From: Trichoplax adhaerens
Lineage: Eukaryota > Animalia > Placozoa
DNA length: 64,000 nt
Assembly (NCBI RefSeq): GCF_000150275.1
Contig: NW_002060944.1
Span: 6,795,102-6,859,101 of the forward strand
Reading direction: 5' to 3'
How positions within the stretch are numbered: position 1 is the stretch's first letter; each line of letters starts with the position of its first letter. The notes under the pieces are model-generated. The model did not search any database and was not told the DNA's origin. It saw only the letters and a list, made by a program, of their open reading frames with translations. Shown in pieces: positions 15,201 through 28,650 of the stretch. A program made the translations under genes and the position numbers.

Positions 15201-16080
15201 TGAGTCCATAGGTAGATACTTACTGTTGAAAAATCAAATTTGATTTAACTATCAGTGCAGTAATACATAACAAGTCAAGTATGTAACGAGTTAATCTTAA
15301 CATTATTCTTAATGCTGTACAATGCGAAAAAGCGAGTGATGTTGTCTCTACACTAGATGTCATGATTTTGCTATAGTCTCGATCTGATAACTTTAATTAA
15401 AAAATATAGGTCTGCTATTGACGTTTGCAGTACTTATCGATAAATAGGCTCAATATACAGTATATAGCATCAAGTCAAGCAAAGTTGCATAACATTACCC
15501 ATTCTTACAATGTTTAATAAATTATAAATTTGCTAGTAGCTTTTTTCAGTTAATTTCTTATCTCTCTTTAAAATATGAGTACTCAGTATTTACTATTGAA
15601 TATATCCATGTTTAGGGGTCTTAGAAGAAGCTGAATTCTTTAATATGGAAAATTTAGTACAATTAACTCAGAGGCGTATTGAAGCTAGAGATTCCAAAGC
15701 TAAGGTAGAAATATATGAATAACATTTGCTATTGTGCTGTCTGTCAAAATTAGACATTCGATCAAATTTTATAGCATCATTTAACTACTTTTTAGAAACC
15801 ATCCAATCATGTTTATCGTGTAATACAATGCCAAGAAGCTGAATTAACTCATTTAGTGTCTACAATGTCAGATGGGTGGAGATTTGAGCAGGTATATTTC
15901 AATATTAAAATTTACAAGTTAATGTTTTAGATTTTAAGCATTTATTATTTGCACGATAAAACACTTTCAGTAACGCTATCGTTTTATATTTAGGTCATCA
16001 ATCTAGGATCAGGCTACACCTATGGCAATGAAGATCAATCAGAATTATTATGTGTCGTTTCACGTGATATAAGAGATTAA
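6204..16080 (+). CDS. KCTD5: BTB/POZ (T1-type) domain protein, KCTD5/KCTD2/KCTD17 family, ~183 aa, 5 exons
   Basis: Exons 6204-6374, 14962-15070, 15616-15704, 15796-15891, 15994-16080; all GT-AG and in frame. Translation includes [31 protein letters not shown]|[65 protein letters not shown] and [15 protein letters not shown], diagnostic for the KCTD5 clade. The paralog cannot be resolved. Confidence 0.95.
6563..6587. repeat. (AG)n microsatellite
   Basis: About 12 AG units. Smaller (AG)n tracts lie at ~6671 and ~61384, and a (TG)n tract at ~63227. Confidence 0.9.
9152..9426. repeat. Diverged direct duplication (~180-bp period)
   Basis: ATCGGCCATCGA-TCGAT-T-AAAGAGAT..GATAG..CTACA at ~9152 and ~9333. 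Confidence 0.75.
10240..11430. repeat. Degenerate tandem repeat (~60-80-bp units) in KCTD intron 1
   Basis: Recurring ATCCACGTTATCATC-CCATTTCAATACTACTAGATAT-AATCCTAAACGA-AAGTTAATCATG blocks. Confidence 0.85.
12270..12730. repeat. Degenerate ~110-120-bp tandem repeat in KCTD intron 1
   Basis: Recurring GATATC..CCATAAATGTTAGCTTT...AAAATGCTA...GAAAGGT blocks. Confidence 0.7.
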
Positions 16081-16729
16081 AAAAGAAAGCACCGTGATGT
16101 CATAAATCCAAGCACTAGTTATATGAGAATCAACCGGATAAAAACTATAGACTGTAAAGTTTCTGGTAATATCAAGAATATCGGCTTTCTTTATATGGTA
16201 TTTGAATCAGACATAAAACAGGGCAATAGTCACTTTCAGCGAAATGATAAAAATGATATTGTTTACTTGCTACTTACTTAATCTAATATAGCATTTTTCT
16301 TGTAATTGCCTTTTTTATCAACGGATACTAATGAATCTTGCGAATCTTCTAATTTGCGATCGATAATTTAATGCTAAATATTTCTATAACTATACTGTAT
16401 CATTACCGTCTTCCATTGTTGTAGGCATCAATTAATATTTCCGATGATTCCTACATTATTAAGCCACGACCGTACTAATTATAATTGTAATGAAATTAGA
16501 ATATAAGCTGTAGGTTACTTATATAGTATTCCATTATCACAGATCTACTCACTGACTCTACATGATAAATAATCCAGATATTGGAGGTTTATAAAAAATT
16601 TTTTAAAAGTTTACTTTGCTGCATTTTTTGTATTAAGGTACTGTACTTTACTGTATATCCTACAATTTATTCGACTTCCTATTATGTAATCAGATGCATA
16701 TAGGATATTGTGATATTGTGTATCCTAAC

Positions 16730-18091
16730 TGATAGGATTTTCAATTAATTTCGTCAACTGAATTTTTATCACCTGAGGAAGGAGAATCGAATTGTTCAAA
16801 TTACCCTATGCGCATTTAAGTATAATTTCGCTGCACATCACAGCTATAATAAACTTCCTATCGGTTACATTTCTCGTTCTATCTTGCGCTGTATACGCTA
16901 ACACTTTATGCTTAACTTATATATTTAACTTAATTCTTATGATGAATTGTCTTCAACGATATGTTAAATCATTGTTCCATGATGCTCTATTATAATAATT
17001 TCGTATTATTATCATAGTCTTACTGATAGTATGAACAATTTAATAATATCTGATTAAATTGTTATTATTACTGCTATAAGTAAACGAGGTAGCTGCGAAT
17101 TATTAGCGTCAAAATAAGTTTTAATCAATCCGTATTTTAACTATCAGCATATGCATTAATAAAGTTTAAAGTAAAAAATTGTCCTTGTATAAGACGGCTA
17201 GTATAATTAAATTGATGTTATAATTAGTTGATTATCAGAAAGTGTCTATTTGAGCACACATACTGCACATAAGTAGGTCTTAAAGTTATGGTCTAAAAAC
17301 GTAATCTAATTAAAAGTACTTAGCCTCAATCATTCAATACAAAAGTAACTACCACGACGGGTATACTTTCTTTTTAAGAGATTGAATCCAGCTATCGTTA
17401 GATGCTATTACCACTTAGATGGATTACTTTATATTGCATCTTTACTCGTTCTTCATAAAGAACCAATCGTATGAAAGAGTACCAGTGCAGCGAGATTTTT
17501 TAAGCCTTCTACTGGCGGTATTGCTGTTAGTTTAAGATGCTTACATAAGTCAATAGAGATCACCAAATGCATTTCAACTTTGCTATTTTCGTGATCGATA
17601 AGCTTTTTTCAGCTATTTGATAGTTTTTAAGTGGCATAGCTAACAACTTTGTTGATGGTATATCTTCAAATTGTAACTATAAAGTCTATTAAATATACAA
17701 GCCATACTACTGCTTGGTTTACTATACTATTGTACAGTACTATAGCAAAATTGAAATACACTTAGTCTACTCTATAAACAAGTTTCTGCTGAAGATTGAT
17801 CATTAATTGTTATTATAATAATAGACAGTAATTAAAACAATAAGTAACGTAAAATCGTATCACGAGCTGCATGGGCTTCAAAAATCTTCCATTTGCAGTG
17901 CTTTACAGTGCAGCAGTTATAAATTGATAACAGTGCATCATCGATTAAACGGTTTGTGTAAATCAAGTTCTCGCTGTCGGTAGAGTTTCTACTGCTGATG
18001 GAAACCGATCGATAATTATAAGAAGCAAGTAAGAAATTAAAGAGATTTGTACTGTCAAAACAATCATTATAAGTGAAGAAGAAGACGTCAT
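16730..18091 (-). pseudogene. Decayed leucine-rich-repeat secreted/receptor gene fragments
   Basis: Minus-strand fragments: hydrophobic N-terminus MTSSSSLIMIVLTVQISLISYLLLIII from 18091; LKLTAIPPVEGLKNLAALVLFH (17536-17471); VIHLSGNSI (17427-17401); TLSDNQL (~17240). They are interrupted by stops and frameshifts. Confidence 0.35.
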
Positions 18092-18690
18092 GGATCCATG
18101 GGTCGTCGCTGTAACTCAACATTGCTCCTACTTATATCTAATATTAGCAACTATCGATATATGGCTTATCGCAATACGAGCGTATGGATAGCGTATCCTG
18201 GTCGAATGGGTCAAAACAACAATCGTTCCACTTTAATAACTGGTTGCGATTCAGGATTTAGCAATTTATTAGCTAAGTCTTTAGATTGGATTGATGTCAT
18301 GTATTTGCTGCATGCTTAACCCAGTAAGGAGCCACCCAGCTAGCTCAATCGACTTCATCACGGGTAAAAACATTCATGATGGATGTTATACAGCAGCAAG
18401 ACATTGTAAATGCTTACTGCATGATCAAGGCTACGCTACGAGAGGATAGAGGTATATGGGCAGTAGTCAATAATGCAGGTATACTACGAGCTGGATTAAT
18501 TGATTGGATGCCAATGCAAGAATATAAAAAGGCCGCTGATGTCAATCTACGGGGAATAGCATCGGTTACTAAGAGTTTTTACCTATGGTCATTCGTGAAC
18601 AAGGTCGATTTGTAAATGCGGTTAGTTTATACGGTATCTTACCATATGAATACATAGGTGCTTAAACCATCTCCAAATTTGCTGCAGTTC
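18090..18690 (+). pseudogene. Disabled short-chain dehydrogenase/reductase (RDH/17beta-HSD/BDH1-like)
   Basis: ITGCDSGFS (glycine motif altered), frameshift near 18290, VFAACLTQ* (TAA 18325-27), GIWAVVNNAG, frameshift near 18580, EQGRFVN, and the YxxxK Tyr replaced by TAA (18663-65: GA*TISK). No introns seen; 3' truncated. Confidence 0.85.
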
Positions 18691-19892
18691 AGTATGTCGG
18701 GAAAATATTTCTGTGTGTTCTACGAGGATTGAGCACTTGTGGAGGGACGGCGATCATATTATTCCAATAATATATTATAAAAGCCTGACGGTAATGGATA
18801 ATTCATTTACTTAACATACGTATTCCATGCTTGTAATCTACTCTTGTCTTTTACCTTACGTACGTTGTAACTTTAATAAGTTAAATTATGGCTATCTGAG
18901 CAGATATTAACGGTAACCAATGAAATAAACAACGTTTCCGGATTCTATACTCGTATACTAATAGTATTATGCAAACTAATTTAGGTTCGGTTACTATCGA
19001 AATAGCCCTGAACAGTGCAGATATCTACTAGTAACACCAAATGACGCGGATGCATTTTCGTAGTTATCGCATATAACAAACAAATAAATTGGTATTAGGC
19101 TTCGTTATCAAGTCACAAACAATTTTTTAATGATAATCGGTATCTGATCATTTGATAAATGATCGTCATCGTTAAATACTACAACTGGTTCATCCCCTTG
19201 TATTTGATCTTGCTGCTGTCTTGGCTATACTAAGTGCAGACAGTGAACGCATGGCATAGACTACTAAAAAAGACCTTTTAGTTGTCCATGACTGTGGTGA
19301 GTAACCTACGTTTTCGTATCGAGTAAATTGATTACACTTATGTGCATACTTTCTTAATTTAATGTACTCAATATTGAAATGTTGGAAGAGTTAAAAATAT
19401 AAAGAGGACGAAAAATAATTTTATGATTGAATTTGTAAACTTATATGTTTTATATTTCCACTATTTTTAATCTACTCGTGCAGTTCATAACATTTCAGCC
19501 ATTAAAAAGGATCTGATCTATCACATATTGCAATAAATATACCATTTTAACCTTATTACTTGAGCATATTTTACCTTCATGAATACATCAATAGAAGAAT
19601 AAATATAGATAACCTTAATCTCCTAATAAGCAAATCGATTTCTATCGCTATAACCTCCGTAACATGGATTTAGCGTAACAAATTATAATACTGTAAGTTA
19701 TCGGTGATGCAATAGTTAATACTAATACATAATTGCATAAAAGAAGTTTACTACTTATGATACTATTGGTAAATACAACATGAAGTCAATAAGCAGAGTA
19801 TCTTTTACGGTCTTGCCAATTAGTAAACTGTAGGAATTTTAGGGCTATCCGAGTAGGCGATTATCAAGTCGTCTAACGCAGGACTTTATAAT

Positions 19893-20539
19893 GATAGTTA
19901 TAATCTTACGAATACCGAAATTACAAAATTTTGGTATCTTCTTATACAAAGGGAAATGCTATACAGCTTAAAAGCTGAAAAGAAAATTTATTGAGCCCGG
20001 AGCGACTACTGCCGGCGAATGGCAATTCGCTCGGTCTTTTATACCATCCCCACTCATTTGTGGGGCATACTAGTAAATTACTCCTTCCACAAATTGTATA
20101 AGTTACTATAGGGAATTACTCCCAGACAATTAACATTACTTAGTATGAGCTTGGATAGTAAACAGACACTAATGAAAAACAACCAATTATGGTGCTAATC
20201 AGCGAGCCTGAGCTCAGCACCAATACATGTAATTAATTATTGGAGCAATGCGCTCCCATAAGCTAATCCTATATTAAACGATATTATATCTAGCTACATA
20301 TAATTAATCCTTGTTGATTGCTCCATTATTGTAAACAACCAGTACTAGTGCCCCATGGTTGTCTACCAAAATGGTAAACAACAGGGTTAATTAATTGTTA
20401 TTACCTAATTTATAATTTACGGAGCTACACTTCGTAACAGATAGTTATAATCTTACGAATACCGAAATTACAAAATTTTGGTATCTTCTTATACAAAGGG
20501 AAATGTTATACAGCTTAAAAGCTGAAAAGAAAATTTATT
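19893..20539. mobile_element. 447-bp insert (19993-20439) flanked by 100-bp direct repeats
   Basis: 19893-19992 and 20440-20539 are identical except for one substitution. The insert is more GC-rich and contains internal inverted repeats. Confidence 0.7.
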
Positions 20540-23301
20540 TCGATCAATTCTACGTAGTATTTCATCTTTTTGGTCTCCTATTTTAAGATAAGAGATTATT
20601 TTATTACTTATTCTATGCTTTAATTGATTTCATATTTCTCCATAAAACATAAGAATATGCTTACTCACGATGTAGGTGTAGCCATTACATATGGTAAATC
20701 ATGAATATCAATTAGCTAATCAATCAAAAAAGTCAATAATTAATTAGCTAATTAACGTAGAATGTTTATTTATTTCATGTGTATGGAAATTTATTGCATG
20801 TAAATTGAGATTGGGAGGAAGTAGCAACATGGCAAAATGAAAATAGTAAAGAAATAATAAGTGACTTGATAATTTTTTCTCTTTCTAGATTGATAGCTGC
20901 AGATGTTATTTCCATTTAATCATCTACTAACATATTACATGTAGAAATCTCGCCAATGGATGGCTGATCATTGCCGGTATGTTATACAGCTTGTAGTTAT
21001 CTTCTATACTTCACCGGCCAGAAGGGCTAGTCTTCGTCTCAATATAACTACTAAGCTATGGAAGAGAACGATTATCCTGCTCTATTTGCTTAAACTAACA
21101 TCATAATAGTTTCCAAATGTAATTAAAAGGCTAGTAGACTCAATAGTATGCGACTGGGTATTATTGACTTGTATACTCGTATGTAGCGGAAATTATATAT
21201 AAAAAATCACCGTTTGACGTCCTCATAGGAATACCATATCAAGAATGATCGTTATTCTCTCCTGTCTACAATATGGCATTGCCAAGATTTATTCTTGTAG
21301 ATAGCTGCTAATTAACACTAAATAAATTAGTTTGCATTAAATTAAACATAGCTAGAAATTCCATGTTAACCATTTTCGTAAGGTTAAAGATAGAAATTTT
21401 GCATTCGGGCAACGATATTTGGTAAGCAATGTTGGAACTGTCAAAATATCACTACGTTTGCTTAGTATCAAATATCATCCTTAAATTTACAGTGAGTAGC
21501 AGTATCGAAGAACACCTGGAGCCTTTTTAATTGTTTCTCATCACTAAAACAAAGTAATAATTACATTTTCAGAACTTCTATTTGTCCTTCTATACATTAA
21601 GGAACATGCTATCATAAATATTGGTCATTTAATAGCAGCCAGCTCTATCGTTATCCAAGAGAATTGATTCATCGCAGGTAATGAGGAAGTTATACTTGCA
21701 ATTAAAGTTTCTTTTCGACTTTCTTTTGTTTAATGTCTTAGTTAGGATAGCATTTCATTCTTCCATCCTATGTCGTACTATACATTTCTTTTTAGATCAT
21801 ATTCCTATATAGAATATGATCTTTTGCTATTAAGCAGATTTAACGCAATGAATTGCTCTTAATGATGCTATTTTTGATCGGCCTTCAGGTACTGTAGCAC
21901 TTAAAGTTTATTTTGAAAAGGAGAGTCAAAACTTTTTTTATTGGTCATTGATCTTTGTCAGTAGCTCTCTTACTATTGCTATATCGTGATATAGAGCTAG
22001 TCCCTACAAAAATCTAGCTTATTTTTCCGTTACACTCTAATACGATACGTATTCTTTGCCTTCAGACAGGTTTACTACAGTTACACTTAGCTATGTTATT
22101 TATGGATCTTAAATAGACATTATCGTTTGGAAGAGATCCTACTTGTTATTTCTGCTAACGATTGCAGTCAAGAAGAATTATTCATATCCGCTTCAAGTAG
22201 GATTTAAAAGCTGATTCAATGATAAATAATCGGGCTATTCTACTAGCTATTTCCATTACAGAATGCAATTATTCATCATTTCCTAGTAAAAGCTTCAGGT
22301 TCTTAAATGATAGGATGCCTTAGTGGTTCTTACTTTATTAGCGGCAGTTGTTTATGGATTTAAAGAAGAATTTAAAACTTGTGCAATTAGTATACATAAG
22401 CGCCATTCTTGTCAATTCCTTACGTGATAAACTATAAAGTAATAATTTAATTATCTACACTATTTGCATCATTCCGTATTTTTAATCTAAGAAATGGCGT
22501 TATTCTTCCTATAAGGCCATTTATTTAACAAAGCATCATCGTTCAATTAAACTGCCTTTACTGATAAACTCTGAATATAATTTGAAATAGCCTTGGTAGA
22601 CAGTAAAAATTTTCATTGAAAGCATACAATGGCTAATTTATGTAGTATAATGAGGCTTTATTGCCTATTACGGGTAGCCATTTACTTTAGTAACTGTGTA
22701 ACAGTTTATAACACACATATAGCATTTTATCGAATAGGTTATTGTCGATTACACATCGATGTCAATAACTCTATTTTCCATTTATTTTATAACATTTGAC
22801 CGCAGATTTTATTGTTTCCTATCCAATAGGAACAACAATGTCTTTATGTTTAAAAGAATATTTTCGATCATTAGAATTAAAGCTATATTACATAATAATA
22901 GTGTCTTTATGCCACCAAGAAGAATGAGAAGAACTTATCAATACAGCCATTTTAACTGACTATAACATATATCAAGATATAATAATGGTCATAGATAACA
23001 TCAGTAAGAATGCATAGGCGTATAGGCTATTGATAAAGAAATTAGCAATTTTCATTACTCTCCAAGTTCAATATGGTAGTCTACTTCTATTAATTGATAC
23101 CATTTATTGCGTTATTAAATTAAAACTAAAAATGACAAGGGATTACAATAAAGATTACCTAAGATAGAGATGGTAATCTAGTCTTCATTTTTTAAGGATA
23201 CATAATACATATGCTCGTAAACTAGGCCATACCGGTAATCAATATTAGTAGGAATTTGTATAAAAGTTTTTAACTAAGGACATGGTAATGATTATGGATA
23301 C

Positions 23302-23612
23302 TGTGATGGAGGGTTCGATATCTCAGAGGATTGAGATTTAGTCGCCATTTACAATTATTACAACAAAGGGTTTATAAAAGTTATGCTTTATTGTAGGTTA
23401 GTAATATAAAGTACAGTGAGGTAGTTACGGTAGATCAGCGTGCAAGCTGTCGTAAGTAACGAGTAGAAGTATTAGACTGTGAGAGACTAACTAGAAGACT
23501 AACTGAGAGGCTAATGAACTCTGAGGTAGAAATCGCCGGTATTTATAGTTTTAAAGATAGAGCACATGCAGAGAATAGGATTGTGGAATTAGATACAACA
23601 TATACCATAACA
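23302..23612 (-). mobile_element. Solo LTR (311 bp)
   Basis: Termini TGTGATGG...CCATAACA (TG..CA, 7/8 inverted match); flanking GGATAC (23296-301) / GGTTAC (23613-18) 6-bp TSD with one mismatch; on the minus strand CTATAAATA (23548-40) precedes AATAAA (23392-87). Confidence 0.75.
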
Positions 23613-24234
23613 GGTTACAAAATAGCAGATGATTGTAGAAAACAGCGAGTACCGTAATAACTAAATACAGTAGTCTATATATGAATGTAGAGTAAGCGGA
23701 CTGTAGATCTGTCTAAATATAAGAGCAATACAACATGTCTATATTTAAGAGTAGAATATAGTTACAGTATATTCTAAATACACTACAGATACTACTATCA
23801 ATTGTACAGTAATACATTTAAAATTATTGGAGCAATTGCTGTGTCATTCACATATCATGACTGCTCCAATCTTGGTTATACAAGCTCAAGATTGTTGTCT
23901 ACGTATTTCCTGGTCATTGATCTATCCTGATCGTTATGTTATTAAACTACAAATATCTTGATAATGATATTAAAAGCGACCTAAATTATGCATGTCTTCA
24001 TTTATAAATTTTCTATTGCTAGTTATACTATATCACGTTGTAAAATAAGGAATTATAGATAGCCTGGGTATGATTATATAGGATGAAGAAGTAGATAATA
24101 TACCCTTATTTGCAGTATTTTTGTTGATCATCATAAATTAATCGTATTAATAGTTAATAAATAAGAAAAGCTCATTAATATTTCATAGCTACTTCAATCG
24201 GAGTAGGCAAGCTCTATATAGTACTAATTAGGCT

Positions 24235-24660
24235 ATGGATCGTAATATTAATCCGATATCTATTAATGTGTTTATATTTACTATTATTTTACTAGCTTGG
24301 GTCATCATCATTGGTAATACTGGAAATAGACTAACGTTAGGTAATTGCATTTTGCCGACATACACTACGAATAAAGTTTGTAACGAACTCTTCACGATAA
24401 GAATTGGACATTTCTCATTTTTTAGCTTGCAATATTACCAAGGCTCCATTTATTACTATTACACTGTAAAATGAATCATTTTTACAACGATAAATGTCCT
24501 CTTACGGCTGACTATTCAACTATAAACTCTTAAGTTCCTTTTATAATGTTTCGAACTGTAATGCCACAAGTGCAAACATCAAATCCTGTTTATGTGATGT
24601 CGCGTGTGTCAAGTTGAACTAAACCATACTTCGCGAAATTTTCAAAGCTTTTGCCGGTTG
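24235..24660 (+). pseudogene. Possible relic of a secreted Cys-rich (somatomedin-B-like) protein gene
   Basis: The ORF at 24235 has a signal-peptide-like N-terminus. The downstream fragment NVSNCNATSANIKSCLCDVACVKLN* (24545-24622) has CxCDxxC spacing. Confidence 0.25.
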
Positions 24661-26299
24661 TTGTTATCAAAGTAGCATTATGAAATATCTTAAATATGAC
24701 AACCTCTTAGTATAACAGGAACTAATATATTTAGCATAACGATATAGCTAATACTATATCTAATGTTCAATATCTAATGCATACTAGCTAATACCGTAGT
24801 TAATATTTATTACTATGTCTGGTACTTTACCTAATGGCTACTGTGATTAATATCGACAATCATTATATCAAGCATTCAATATCTAACAAAAATATCACAC
24901 TCAATATTTAACACTATATTCAACTTTCAATACTCTCAATAAACAACATGGTTAATGTCTAATATCATATCCAACGCCCAGACTGAAAAAATGGTGATGT
25001 CTATAAGACTTCATCAGCTTTCTTTAGTTCTAATAAACTGCAGTTTATCTTCTGTTAAAATCAATCCATACTATAGACTCTTACTGAGGCGTATCAGAAT
25101 TATACTGTGATAGAGAATAACTTACACTAAAAAATAACATTATTCCTAAACTTTCGCAAATGACTCATTATTCACTTAATTCAGTATATTGCAGTTAATA
25201 ATATCATTAAAAATACCTCACGGAATGGCCTAGACAGAAGATAGAATCACTATGCAACTCTCATCAATATGCAAACTTAAATAGTAGCTTATAATTTCAA
25301 TAATTGCGGGTTATTGTCTACTAAATAATTATAATATCACATTGCAGCATAGGTTATCGATATCATTGTAAATGATGAGATTTAAGACATAATTTATTAT
25401 CTCTTGCATCCTCTCGTTACAAATTTCATACCATCAGCCCAGGCCGTCTAATATCTGAAATAAATGTAAAAGTCGCTCTAAAAACTGTAAATTATAATGA
25501 TCAAAGAGCGTGTCGCATCTCTATAAGGCAACCAATAACGCATAGTGATAGGATTAACATTGGTATAAGCTCATAAGCCGTATATATAAATTTTTTGATA
25601 ACATAATATGCTAGTTAGATGATTATACGGCAGTTTAATTTTTTGATGCTAATTGCGAAGATAAAAAATCGTATTTACTGAAAATAGAAAAGGACTCATG
25701 CGTTCACCTGATGTCGAAATTAGATAATCAATAAAGTAACGTACAATCTCTACCCGTATGTCTTCATCTTGAACGTCAATTTTTATCCATTATCGCTTCG
25801 CTATGCAATAAGAAGTCAACCGATATTCATACTAAGTAACGCCAAGAAATATTTACGTAACAGTCTAAATTAATTTCAATTTCGATCTTTGCTATTCAAA
25901 TACGGGAATATACGCCTGAAATCCTATAAGCAGTTGATAAATTGATCATCGCTTGAGATAACTAACTTAAACATGTTCTCAAACAGGTTATTTGTCAACA
26001 TTAAATAAACTGACGGAATAAGAAGGATTTTCAATTGGTCGAGGTCATTAACACGATCAGGTTGCCATTACATCGTATTCAATGTGATAATTATACTAGG
26101 GACAGACTTAATAGATCAATTAATCTGATATTGCATAGAAAAGTTGTTATTGTATTTGTTAAAGCAATAGTAATTTATACCTGTATAGCATGGAAAGTAT
26201 AGCTCTGAAAATTAATTGCTGTTCCTTATTTGTTATAGCGATAGCAGTCATAGGAATATATTGTAATTTATTCTACTAATCTCAGATGGTTATCTTGCT

Positions 26300-28650
26300 A
26301 TCATGGAAAATACATGGAAAAAAATTATGCAAGATTAAAGATTTATTTCCTACTCAATGAATTCATTGCCGCTAGAGGTATAAACTATTTTCATTTTAGA
26401 TTAATCAGTTCCAATTTAAGTTCGAGTTTTAATCAATCAAAATAGATTCCGTTGATGATTATATGGCAGGATAGAAAATAACTGAGATAAATTAACTCAA
26501 CGAGTATTTGAAGGTAAAGCTACTGTAATAAAATTAAACTCTAGTCTTTTCTTCAACTTATCATTTTAGGTAGTTCCAATTTCTGCGTAAGTTTAATCAT
26601 CTCAAATTAGGTTTCAGTCGATCATTTGACATGATAACTTTGTCAAAATGAAATATAAAGTGAGCTGGAGTACAGCAAGATCTTGCTTACCTTTCAATTT
26701 AGTATCTTAATCGATTGCAGCTTTTGATCTATCTTGAATGGTGTCAAATTATGATTCATTGATGATTTTAACATGATAGAAATAATCTGGTGAAAGATGA
26801 AACAAGATCTGCAGCACGATAATAACAAACATAAGGTTACCTTTGGCCTTACATTTTACTTTCTTAGTTGATTCCGGTTTTCGATCAACCTCTGATGATA
26901 TCAATCTTGTTCAAATAAGAACTAAAATAGAATAGTAATAACTCTTATTTGTTATCAGCATATTATTATCATTTATTGTAGAACCTTAACCACCTTCAAT
27001 GCTGCTTAGTTGATGATCTGATAACTTTGCGAAAATTAGACATAACATGAACTCGAGTACTGCCGTAATAAGATCAATTCTTATTTCTTTTAACTTGTTA
27101 TTTGTAATCGTTTTCAATTCTGCATAAGGTTAATCATCTTCAATCATGTTTAGTTCATGATATTAGAACTTATCCAAGATCGATACTCCAATAACTGCCG
27201 AATATTGTGAAATAAAGCACTCATCTACTCTCCGACTGCGTAAATAAGTTAGAGTGCTATAAATTACAACTGTAAAGACTATTTAGCTATGTGGATATTA
27301 TTTTTGGTAATTACATGTATAAGTAGTTTTATCATTGAATCCTTTTCAATCATACTCAGTAGGTGACTTAATATGGTAATTTAGTTTGGCTCCAGTTTGT
27401 GTATAAGTTTAATCACCTTCAATCCCATTTAGTAAATAATTTGACATGATGAAATAGGATTTAATTCTTTCCTTAATTTCGAATTATTTCAATTGCTTCA
27501 AGATTTTGTTTAAGTTTAATCACATTCAATCCTATTTAGTTGATAATTTAAGTACAGTAATAAGATTTCACTATTGCCCTCCTAGCCGAATATTATTTCA
27601 GTCAGCTTCAACTTTTGTATAAGTTGAATTATCTCTAATCTTATTTAGCAAATGATTTGACATGATAGTTTTGCAAGAATTATACACAACATAAACTTAA
27701 ATATGACAGTAATAAGGTTTAATTCTTGCCCTCCTTTCAGAATATCACTTCAATTAGCTACAATTTGTGTAGAAGTTTCATCGCCTTCAATCCTGTTTAA
27801 TTGATAATTTGACATAATATGAACTAGGATACAGTACACTAGTAATAAAATTTAACTCATCCCCTCCATTCAGAACATCATTTCAATCGGCTCCAGTTGG
27901 TATATATAAATTTCATCATCTTTTATTATATTGAATCAATAATTAGATATAATAAATTTGCGAATATTAAAACAAAACATGATAAAGTTTAACTCCTCTC
28001 CTTCATTTGGAATATCATTTCAATCGCTTCCAATTGGTGTATAAATTTCATCATCTTTAATTATATTAATGCAATCATTGGACATGGTAAATATGATAAA
28101 ATTCAACCCATCTCCTCCATTCAAATATCATTTCAATCTGTTGTAGTTTATACTTAAGTTCCATCACCTTCCATTATGTTAAATCGATGATTTGAAACGG
28201 TAAATATAAAATTCTACTCATTCCCTTCATCCAGAATGCCTTTCCAATCGATTTTAATTTGTACATCAATTTGAACACCTTTAATTATATTGAGTCGATA
28301 ATCATTTGACGCGATCAATTTACAAAAATTCAACATAACTCGAATACAACAGTGACAAAATTTAACTTTTGCCCTCCCTTCAGTCTATTATTTTTTCAAT
28401 TGGCTGCAGCGAATGTATAAGTTTCATCGCCTTCCATTATAATTAACCGATGATTTGATCGAATAACTTGGCGATGATAATATGCGCTGGAACAAAGCAA
28501 ACTCTCGCTTTCCGCTAATTATCATCGCTGATTTTAATTCTAATCGGTATTAAACTCCATCAAATCATGTTGAGTATTTCGATATGATAGGAAGAACCTG
28601 GTGAAAAAATTAAACAAGAGCTGTTGCACAATAATGACAATAAGTTAAAA
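26300..28650. repeat. Highly degenerate ~110-140-bp tandem array upstream of the BAIAP2 ATG
   Basis: Recurring AATATCATTTCAATC...TGTATAAGTTTAATCA-CTTCAATC...GATAATTTGACATGAT. Confidence 0.8.

Noticed and set aside
21000-22960. Coding-like patches, including minus-strand QVLNSSLNP (GPCR TM7-like)
   Set aside because: Immediately followed by a stop and no other TM motifs could be recovered; a family assignment is unsupported.
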